From positions 62,001 through 126,000 of the forward strand of contig JBODTK010000117.1 in assembly GCA_050613775.1 (NCBI GenBank): 64,000 nt of DNA, given 5' to 3'. The notes beneath the pieces are model-generated. The model did not search any database, was not told the DNA's origin, and was given only the letters and a program-made list of their open reading frames with translations. This DNA is from Neocallimastix sp. 'constans'. Taxonomy: Eukaryota. A program made the position numbers and the translations under genes. This document shows, piece after piece, positions 53,652 to 64,000 of this stretch (the stretch's first letter is position 1; each line of letters starts with the position of its first letter).

Positions 53652-56597
53652 TTAAGATAAAACTGGATGTTGCATTGATAATGAAAATATATTATTAGAA
53701 TTATTAGAATTATTAGATAATGCATCAGATGTCATTTGGATATCAATACTATTATAAGAATTAAAATTTTTATCCTCAATTGTATTGATAATTGGTGAAT
53801 CCTCCAAGGATTGATTTTGGATAACAGCATTTAATGAACTTTCAAAGTTATTTAATGCTGGTAATTCTGATGAATTAGGTAAATCATATACACTTTTATC
53901 AAATAGTTTATAAGTCGTTTCCGTAGAATTATTGTTTAATTGTAATTGATTATTAGAATTTGCGTTTTTTAAATTGGAGCCTACTGCTTTACTACTTAAA
54001 GATGAAAAAGATGGATTAGAAGTGTCACTGAGGGTTGAAGAAGAAAGTTTTGGTTTTGGTTCCATGGCAGACAATTCACTTGTCGTTATATTAAATTTAT
54101 TTAAAGGAGAACTTCCACTTAATAAAGTAGAAGTAGTTTTTTTAGTAAAATTTATATTAGTTGGTAAAGAGTTATCACCTAAGGACAGTTGAGAAAAATC
54201 ATCCTCTATAGATTCACTATTAATTAATGGAGAACTCTTTCGCTTCTCAGAAGCAAGAGAGGCTAAAGGATTCATTTTCTTTGAATTCTCTTTATCCACG
54301 GATTTATTGATATTATGACGAAGAGAACCAATCGCACCAATACTTGGCGATGGTATTTGTTTATTTAAAACGTTTGTAGTGGAAGTATAGGCTGGAAGCA
54401 TAGATTGTGAAATTTGAATAGGATTATTATTATTATTATTATACATTGATGGAATCATAGAATTTAACTTATTATCATAAAATATTCTTTGATCCATTAC
54501 TGATGGAATAACCTTAGTACTACTGTTGTTATTAAATAAATTGGGTTCACTGTAACCAACGTTTGGAGAAGTATGAATAGACTTTGAATTAAATTTATTT
54601 TGTTGTTGAATATCAACAGAAATATTATCATTTAAGAAGGAAGCTTGACTAAGCTCATTCATACCCATAGTTGTTCTTACTGGATAAAGACCTGGTGAAG
54701 TATTATTAATCATAAATCTAGAATTATTGTTGCTATTATTATTACTACTACCACCATTAACTATGGCATTACTACTACCATTTGAAAAACTTGGAGATGG
54801 TGATGGTATACCTCTTCCTATAAGATTAACATAGGATGAATTTCTTTGAAAAGTTTGATTTGTATCCATATTTATATTAATATATGGTGAACTAGATGGA
54901 GTAATATTAAATTGTGGTGAGGTAAGACCATTAACATTACCATTGCTATTACCATTGTTATTACCGTTATTATTATTATTACTTCCTGAATAGGTTGTGG
55001 TCATAGTTGTTTTGGCATTTCCAAGATAAGGTGAGGTAGGCATACCTAAATTAGAGTTAATGATCTTATTTACATAAGGTGATGGTAAATTATTCATAAT
55101 GCTAGTAGGGTTTGCTGGAGATTCACTTAAAGTAAATTTATTATTATTATTATTATTGTTGTTGTTATTGTTGCTATAAGTTTGATTACCACTACGACTA
55201 ACGAAAGGAGAAGTTACTTCATTGAAATTTTGAGATGGAGAAGAATGAGGAGGTGATGAAGAAGATGGAAAAATTACTGATTGCATATTATAATCATTGA
55301 AATTAGTATTATTAAGTTCATTATTCAAAAATGTTGGAGCAGGAGGAAGTTTTGAAGAGTTATTAAATATATTATTGGCAAAAATTGATGTATCCTTATC
55401 AGTTACCTCTGAATTTATACAAAGTTTTGATAAATATTCTATCATAATTTGATTTTCAGCAATTTTTTGGCTTAACTCTTCTGTTGAAGGGAAACTACCA
55501 TTACTACCACCTGTGAAGAATGATCCAGAAGAGAAATTACCAATTGGTGAGGTTGGACAACTATTTATATCATATAATGTTGAATCATTTGTAAGGAGTC
55601 GATTATTTTCGAAAAGTTTATGTGGCATACCAACACTACCTAAATTTACACTTCTCCTAGAATTATTAATAAAACTATTTGTTGGACTAATTGGAGAGAG
55701 TGAACTTGACATATTATTTGAAGTAGTCATATCATAATTATTTAATGCATTTAATGATGAACTACTATTAGTTATCATATCCATTGGGCCCTTAAATATA
55801 TTTGGCATTCCTGATATTGGACTACTCACCATATCATAGTTCGAAAGTGAATTATAATATGGACTATTTATACTTTCATGAGTTTTAATGGCTACATTTG
55901 GACTTTGTACAGTATCTAAACGATTATTATGATAATTTTTATATACTGAAGAGTTCTGTACATTATCAAAACTATACCTTCCAAGGTTAGTATTTATTGT
56001 AGTATGATGACCACTATCATTTTTTTTTATTAATTTTTCGTTATTATTGACACTATTATTATTATTATTATTATTATTGACATTTGCATTGCTTACTCTT
56101 CGCATAAGTACAGATAATGCCTGTTGTCTTTGAGTAGTTTTATCATCAATACTATTATTATTACTACTGTTACTGTTATGATGGATGAGTAAATTTTCAT
56201 CAATACTTCCTTTTCTATAACTATTAATACTATTATCTCCTATATTAATGATATTGTTAGTTCTTTTGCGAAGTAGATTAATTGCTGCAGATCTCTTTTG
56301 TTCTGAAGTAGATGGAACTGGTTTTGAATTTGAAGTTGACTCATTCGAATTTGCATTGCTTAATATATTTCCATATTTTTTATTCACTTCATAATTGGTT
56401 TCCAATGCATCTATTAATTTTTTTTGAAGTTTTTCAATTTGAGATGTTAATGGAACACCTGAAGATTGTACTAAAGGATTTCTACTTTCATTCTTAAAAC
56501 CCATACCATCAGTATAAGATTTCCTTCTTTCATTATTGAAAAATGGTACTAATTTTTTCATTGGAACATCATTTGTTATGGTTTTATTGGAATACAT
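53652..56597 (-). CDS. Hypothetical Asn/Ser-rich intrinsically disordered protein, 981 aa, intronless
   Basis: A 2.9-kb stop-free ORF, clearly more GC-rich than its flanks, with many SP motifs and poly-Asn runs. No folded domain was recognised apart from short N-terminal helices. Confidence 0.8.
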   Translation of the reverse strand: MYSNKTITNDVPMKKLVPFFNNERRKSYTDGMGFKNESRNPLVQSSGVPLTSQIEKLQKKLIDALETNYEVNKKYGNILSNANSNESTSNSKPVPSTSEQKRSAAINLLRKRTNNIINIGDNSINSYRKGSIDENLLIHHNSNSSNNNSIDDKTTQRQQALSVLMRRVSNANVNNNNNNNNSVNNNEKLIKKNDSGHHTTINTNLGRYSFDNVQNSSVYKNYHNNRLDTVQSPNVAIKTHESINSPYYNSLSNYDMVSSPISGMPNIFKGPMDMITNSSSSLNALNNYDMTTSNNMSSSLSPISPTNSFINNSRRSVNLGSVGMPHKLFENNRLLTNDSTLYDINSCPTSPIGNFSSGSFFTGGSNGSFPSTEELSQKIAENQIMIEYLSKLCINSEVTDKDTSIFANNIFNNSSKLPPAPTFLNNELNNTNFNDYNMQSVIFPSSSSPPHSSPSQNFNEVTSPFVSRSGNQTYSNNNNNNNNNNNKFTLSESPANPTSIMNNLPSPYVNKIINSNLGMPTSPYLGNAKTTMTTTYSGSNNNNNGNNNGNSNGNVNGLTSPQFNITPSSSPYININMDTNQTFQRNSSYVNLIGRGIPSPSPSFSNGSSNAIVNGGSSNNNSNNNSRFMINNTSPGLYPVRTTMGMNELSQASFLNDNISVDIQQQNKFNSKSIHTSPNVGYSEPNLFNNNSSTKVIPSVMDQRIFYDNKLNSMIPSMYNNNNNNPIQISQSMLPAYTSTTNVLNKQIPSPSIGAIGSLRHNINKSVDKENSKKMNPLASLASEKRKSSPLINSESIEDDFSQLSLGDNSLPTNINFTKKTTSTLLSGSSPLNKFNITTSELSAMEPKPKLSSSTLSDTSNPSFSSLSSKAVGSNLKNANSNNQLQLNNNSTETTYKLFDKSVYDLPNSSELPALNNFESSLNAVIQNQSLEDSPIINTIEDKNFNSYNSIDIQMTSDALSNNSNNSNNIFSLSMQHPVLS

Positions 56598-57288
56598 TGT
56601 TAGAATTTTTTTTTTTTTTAAAAAAAAAAAATATATTTATAAATAAAGATTACTTTTAAATTATTTATAATTTAATATAACAAATGCGCCTAAAGTGTAA
56701 TAGTTTTTATTTTTTTATTTTTTATTTTATTATTATTATTATTTATTTTAAATTATGATTGTTTATTTCTAAAATAAATTATTTGGATTATTTTTTAAAA
56801 TAAACAATTGTCATTTAAATATTATTATTCAAATAATATTTTTTTATTCACAAATTTGAACAATTCATATTATATAATTCTTTTGGAATAAAATTTCCTT
56901 GTAAAAATGTTTTCTCTTTATTATATAAAATATTAAAGAAAAAAACTACTAAATTAATAAAATATATATTAGTTTAAAAAATTTATACTTTTTTTTTTAT
57001 TTTCTAAATTATATATTTAATTATATTATTTCATAAAAAAAAAATAATAATAAAATATTTACTTTTACACTTTTTTTTAGTTATTTTTATTTTTTTATTT
57101 TTTTTTTAATTTTTATACTTAAAGATATTTGCTTTTTACTTTATATTAATACTATTTTAAATATATACCAATATTAACAATTAAATATAATTTAACTTAA
57201 TTATAAATATATATCAAATAGATATTAATAATGAATGTTAGGTAGTTTAAATTTTAAAAAAAAAAAAAGATTGAAAGATCAATTTATT

Positions 57289-57325
<37 letters not shown>

Positions 57326-59629
57326 TTTAAATATACAAAACTATTAAATTTTTCTTTTGTGTGTGTATATGTTTATACTTAAATCTCGTTAGTTATTAAT
57401 ACTTTAAATTAAGCGTATCAGTTTTTATTAAGTTTTTTATTTTTCAAAATCAAAGATTAATTCTTTTTATTAAATTATTACTTTATTAAATTTATAAATA
57501 AAAGAATTGAAAAACGTTATTAGTATTATTTTTTGATTAAATCAATAAAAAGATTAAAATGAAAAATAAAAAGGGAGTGAAAAATTATTTAAATTATTAT
57601 TTGAAAAATAACATTTTATTTTTTTTTTTTTTAAAGAAGTTTGAAAAAATGTTTGATAAAATAGTTGTCAATTTTCTTTTGATAACTTTGATTAAAACAA
57701 CTTTAGTATTCTTATTGTAAAGAATTTTTTTAATTTATTCTTAATTTTTTTTTTTTCTTTTTCTGATTAAAGTTTTTATTATTTTTATTATTTTTGTTGA
57801 GGCTTAATCATTATTAATATTAGATTAATATATACCAAAAAAAAAAAAAACTTTTTTTTTTTATTATATTCTTTAAATAATAATTCTGAATAATAAAAGT
57901 TTGATTATTTTTCTTTCTTTCAATATTATTTTTTTTATATGTTGGTTGAATTATGATATTTCGATTATACTTTTATTATTATTATTATTATTATATAATA
58001 AAAAGAAAGTTAATGAAGTTATTAAATTATTGATTTATTTTAAAATAAATAAAAACTAGAATGTTTATGTAGAAAGCTGATGAAAATAAAAGCATCACAT
58101 GGGAACAAAAAAAAAAAAAAATTACTATTTTTTTCTCACTTCAAATATAAATAATATATATATTTATATATTTTTCCTATATTATTACTAAATAATAAAA
58201 AAAAAAAAATAAAATAAAATAAAATATTTTTAAATTTATTTTATTTTTATTTCAGTTTTATTATTATTATTATTATTATATTTATATTATTATTTATATT
58301 ATTTAATTAATACTATTTATAAAAATAAAAAAAATTTTTTTTCTATTTTTTAAATAATATTATAAATTAATAAATTTATAAATTAATAAGTAATAATAAA
58401 TTATAAAAATAATAAAATAAAATAAGAATAATTTATTATTTTGAATAGAAATACTAAAAAAAAAATTTTTTTCAAAAATTTTTTGTTGATTTTTAATCGT
58501 ATTTATATCAAAATAACTAAAATCCAAATAGAGAGTTCATTTTCAATTTATTACCAATTAATTTAATTATATATAATTATTAAAAAGTTATAATAATAAT
58601 ATAATAATATAATAAATTATTTTCTACCTTATTAAGGAAATCATTAACTTTATTTATTAATATTTATATTTTTATCATAAAGTTTAAGTAATAATAAATT
58701 TCTAGTAATAGAACTATGTTTTTTTTTTAATAAATATATATTATTGTATATACAGTTGTAATATATTAAAATATACTTTAAATTATTTATATTAAATTTT
58801 CAATATTTATACATTATATTATAATAATATATTTAAATAGGCTCTATATGATATATATGTTATTAGTATAAGAATTTTTAAATTGAAACATAAATATTTT
58901 AATGACACAATTTAAATTAAATTATATTAATACATCATAGTATAGAATTGTACACTTTCTATTTATTAAATAAATAGAATATTAATTAATTAATATATAA
59001 ATATATGAACTTAATAAATTAATATTTAAATATTCATTTATTAATAATATAGTCTAATTTTATTTTTAATTACTATTAATATATTATATTATACATTTAT
59101 AAATTATTTTAATTATCTAAAAAAATTTTGCCGATTTACTTATTATTATTTGCATATTATTTATATTATTATTTATTATTATATATAATATAAATTATTA
59201 CTATACATAGTAATAGTGTTCAATTAATGCTAATAGTTTAGAAATCTATTGTAATATATTAACATAATATTTCATTTTATTTCCGTTTTATTAATAATTA
59301 AAATTTTCCATATAATTTATTATCTATTAAAGTTAATAATACAAAAAGTTTTTTTTTTTTTTATTTATTTATCAAAAAAAAAAAAAAAAAAAAAAAAAAA
59401 TTATTTATCAAAAATACTTTTTTTGTAGTTTAGCCAGAGAACTTGGTAAGAAATACTTTGGGTAATGCCTTCATATATAGTAATTATCAAAAAGAAATAA
59501 TAAATTATAAAATATAAAATTCAATTATAATTAAAATTAAAATAATTGTTATTATCATTATGATATAGTCGTTTTAATAGTATGGCTAATTAGCAAATAT
59601 TGAGGTTGTGCAAAACATTATACATTTTA

Positions 59630-59718
59630 AGTACCACATAAATTGAATAATGCAAGTCTCTAGGTTGTACTGACAGTATATATATGTATATAAGAAAGGC
59701 ACCATTAATGTATATCTA
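59630..59718. repeat. Dispersed repeat family 3, copy 2 (inverted relative to copy 1)
   Basis: CACATAAATTGAATAATGC...TAGGTTGTACTGACAGTA...AAGAAAGGCACCAT is the reverse-complement homolog of 17412-17516. Confidence 0.55.
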
Positions 59719-59823
59719 ATTTATATATTATATCTTATTTATTTAGTAATGATTATTTATATTTTTACTTATCGTTTCTAAAAAATATTATTTATTCTTC
59801 ATAATAATATCATTAAATTTTAG

Positions 59824-59854
<31 letters not shown>

Positions 59855-59994
59855 GAATAAAAAAATAAATAAAAAAAAACTATATATAAGCATATAAAAT
59901 AAAAAATAACAATTGAAAAAAGCATTTGAACCTTATTTAATATATTTATTATGAAAATAATATTATTTTCTTCAAGAAATATTTTTTGGTGTAT

Positions 59995-60030
59995 ACTAAT
60001 ACACTAATACAGGTGTATTAGTGTATTAGT
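59995..60030. repeat. Perfect inverted repeat (17-bp arms, GG spacer)
   Basis: ACTAATACACTAATACA-GG-TGTATTAGTGTATTAGT. Confidence 0.85.
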
Positions 60031-61483
60031 TATAATTTACATAAGGAATGATAAAGATAATTCGTAATATAAACATAAGAAAAAAAAAAAAAAAAGATAA
60101 ACTTTACATTTTTACTATGATTTAAAGTTCATATTCTAACTTTTATCTTTTAATTTAGTTTAAAAATAAAAAAAAAAAATTATACATATATATATATTAA
60201 AATCTTCAATAAAAAAAAAATTGGCAATTTAAATAAATATACATTATTTAATATATCTTATAAATTCTTATTAATGTATTATTTATGTTATAATAATATA
60301 TGATTTAATATTGAACATTTAATCTTTTATCTATAATTAGATATACATTATCTATATGTATTCAAAAAAATTAAAATAATTGAAATAAAGAGGTAGCAAT
60401 TTTTATTTATCATTTTTATAGGCCATTAAAGGCTAATATTATAATAATGTTAATAATTATAGTTATAATAATAATAATAATTAATAATTAATAATTAACA
60501 ATCATCATCATCATCATGAATAAATAAATAAATAAATGATTAAAAAAGGAAAATGTTTTTTTATTATATTACATTTAAAATACTTGCTTTCCCCAATAAA
60601 AATTTTATGTACTATTATATTATAAATTATTCAGTAATTTATAATAAGAAAAAAATGATAATAATACGATAGAAAATTCCTATTTATATTAAATTTTTAA
60701 TAATTAATGTGAATTAAAAAAAAAAAAAAAAAAAAAAAAAAGGTGATTTGTATATACTTTCATAAAATAAAAATTAGATAAGAAAATAAATTAGAAAAGG
60801 GTTGTGAAAATATGAAAAAATATAAATAAAAACATTATAATATATATAAAAAAAAATATTATAACAATAAAATGTTTGATATATTAATAATAACATAATT
60901 CGTTATTGGTTTAATAATCAAAAAGAAAATAAATAAGTAAAAAAAAAAAAAATAGAATAATAAAGCAATAAAATATTTGATAATTTTATATATATATTTT
61001 TTTTTTTATTGCTTTGTTTTTGCTTTTGATTTTGTTCTCTTTAAAAACCGATATTTAAATTTTCTTAATTTACTGAAAGGAGAACAAAATTATCAATATA
61101 ATTAATTAATTAATTAATTTATTAATTAATTAATAAATGAATAATTATCTTATTCATCATGGCTTGAAATTACTATAAATATTAATTCTATTTATATCCA
61201 AGCTCATGATATAAAAAAAAAACATTTAAATAAACTTTTTCAAAGATTTATTATAATAATTAATATTAATTTATTTTGTCCATAAATATTTAAGTTTTAA
61301 TTATTAATAGTTAATCCTAATTATTAATATTTAATATTTAATTATTAATTTTTAATTTTTATTTATTTATATAATTATAAAATTTTATTATAAATACTTT
61401 TTATTTTGAAATAGTATAAAATTATAATAATTATAATTAATAATTATACTTTTCATGTATTAATTAGAAATTAATAATAATAA

Positions 61484-61610
61484 AAAAAAAAATTTATTTT
61501 TACCCTTAAATAAATTTAGATTACTAACAAAAAAATAACAAAAAAATAAAAAAAAATTTATTTTTACCCTTAAATAAATTTAGATTACTAACAAAAAAAT
61601 AACAAAAAAA
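61484..61610. repeat. Tandem duplication, ~64-bp unit, two copies
   Basis: AAATTTATTTTTACCCTTAAATAAATTTAGATTACTAACAAAAAAATAACAAAAAA occurs twice back to back. Confidence 0.85.
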
Positions 61611-62397
61611 TGTTTGTAATGCATAAAAAACAATTAATTTTTGATAATAATAATTGAAATTGAAATTGTATTGAAAAAAAGTTTTATTCCGTATTTTTAT
61701 TTTAACAAAAAATTTAAATAATTCAGTTATATTAATTTTAATAATAATAATAAATAGAATAATTTTAATCATTTATGTATATATTTTATATATTAATAAT
61801 AAATTAATTCTAGCTTGTTATATAAGAATCTTTCTGGCTTCCAGGTTCTTAAAAATATTATTAGCTACTAATATAAGTCACATGACCAGTAACAATAAAT
61901 TAATTTTATGAACTAATTTATTCATTAAGAATATAAATTCATATGATTTTATTAATAAATAATTATATAGATTTTATATTAGCTAATATTATATTTTATA
62001 TTTTTATTTATATTAAATATCTTTATATTTTTATCTAATTTTATATTATTAATATTAAACTTCATTATTTTATTTTATATCTAAAATATTAATTCTTTCA
62101 ATTACACTAAACATTAATATTTAACATTTAAAATATTTTAGATATAAAATTAAAAAAAAAAAAAATAAATGTAAACTATTAATATTTAGTATAATTGATT
62201 ATTTAAAACTAGTTTAAATCCTTGATTAATTCTTTGAAGGATTATCGTTCATAAAAAATTATAGTAATAATTATATAATAATGTAACTAAATATCTATTT
62301 TATTTTAATCAAATTTTAAATAAACCTTTAAATAATAATTTCATAATCAAATGGTTCTTTTAAAATATTTAAATAATTGGACGTCTTGACCAATTAC

Positions 62398-62562
62398 TTA
62401 GTACAGAGAGCACTTAATCTATGAGAGGATTAATTTAGTTGTCCCTCTTTCAATGATGGCTCAAGAGATCACTGAAAAGAACCCTGTTGATTAAAGCGGT
62501 GTATAAGGAAATGTCTTTTCATATTACCCTTGTTTAGAGAGAGGTCCACGTCGACACAGAAA
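62398..62562. repeat. Dispersed repeat family 2, copy 2
   Basis: TTAGTACAGAGAGCACTTAATCTATGAGAGGATTAATTTAGTTGT and GTCTTTTCATATTACCCTTGTTTAGAGAGAGGTCC align with 38367-38500. Differences are mostly transitions plus a central indel. Confidence 0.7.
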
Positions 62563-64000
62563 TTAAAAAAAAAAAAATATTTATTTATATTTTAATAATA
62601 TCAATAATCAAATTATTTTTTCAAAATTTTACAATATAAACTAGCATAGAATATCTTTTAATTCATTTTACAAATATATACTATAATCTAAGAAGGGTCA
62701 TTAATATAATACATAAAAAGTTAACTTTTATCCTCTACTTTCTAATATGTATTAATAGTTTTTCTTTTATATTTGTAGTGTATAACTTTTTTTTATATTA
62801 TTTATATTTCACTTTACTATTTATAGAATAAATAAAATGTACCGAATTAATAATTATAAATGATTAATGAATATATTAACTAAAGTAAAAAATAAATAAA
62901 AATAAATAAAAAAAAATTAATGATTTTAGTTTAGAATAAAAATTAACTAAAAAAAAAAAAAAATAAAAATTCATTAATTAATAAATTTCATATAAAATAA
63001 GATTTACACAAAATAAGTTTAATTTAATAATAAAAATGATGATGAATAATTAAATTAATTTAAATTAGATTAAATTATAATAACTATAAATTAAATTAAA
63101 TTAAAAAAATTAATTCATAATTCTGTTTATTATAATATTAGAATTAGAAGTAAAATTAAAAAAAAAAAAAAAAAAAAGAAAAATTAGATGTTAATTATTA
63201 ATTGTTATTTCAAAATATATTAGATATATTAATTATTTATTACTTTGTTATATGATTCAATTCAATTCACCAATTCCTATATTCCTTCTCTTTATGTCAC
63301 TTTAATGTTGATATTAAAAAATTTTTTTTTTAATCTACATACAATATGTAGAAATGATGGAATTACATTGTAAATTTTAATTTTATATAATATATATAAT
63401 ATATAATGTAGAGAAATGATGGAATTCATGTAAAATTTAATTTATGTAATATATGAACGAATATAATTATAATATGTAAAGAAAACAGAATTGCAATATA
63501 AAATTTAATTATATGCATATAATTAGAATAGATAGAAAATATAAATAGATTGAATAATTAACAAAAAAAAATAATTCAAATTCAAATAAATTAATAAAAC
63601 AAATACATAAATTTTAATATTATTTTTAATTTAGATAAAAAAAAAAAAAAAGATATATTTATATTTATTTTATATTTAATAATTATTAAATCATGGATAG
63701 AACATTTTTTTTATGTTTTTATTATTATTATTTTTTTTAAAAAAAAAAAAAATACAAAATACAGAAATGAATTTATCAAACAACAATCCGCTTAAAAAAA
63801 AAAAAAAAAAAAAAAAAAAGAAAATTAAATAAAATAAAAAAAAATTATAAATTACATTAATAAAAAGTATCAAATTAATTTTTAAGCTAATCATGCTATT
63901 GTTATATAATACTATTAAAAATCATTATTGAAGCTAATTACAGAAAAAAGTTTTATTAATATTTAATAAAATGAAAAAAAAAAGTTTTTTCATCAATTTT

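Overview
Extremely AT-rich eukaryotic genomic DNA with long homopolymers, microsatellites, GT-AG introns and Asn-rich proteins. The composition fits an anaerobic gut fungus (Neocallimastigomycota), which is an inference. Six protein genes are supportable: (1) the 3' part of an ABCC/MRP-type ABC transporter; (2) a two-exon ~2291-aa protein with an MLKL-like N-terminal helical domain, a degenerate TKL-type kinase and C-terminal RI/NLRC3-type LRRs; (3) an 18-exon ~1112-aa gene, largely missed by the ORF track and spliced by hand, whose N-terminal ~780 aa resemble the TPR/helical N-terminal domain of Nup358/RanBP2; (4) vigilin/Scp160; (5) a six-exon DENN-domain Rab GEF; (6) an intronless 981-aa Asn/Ser-rich protein. 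Intergenic DNA carries GC-richer islands that are diverged copies of each other, including one family with decayed minus-strand coding sequence of unknown origin, plus several near-perfect hairpins. No rRNA, tRNA or CRISPR array was recognised. Gene models and homologies were read by eye and need computational confirmation.
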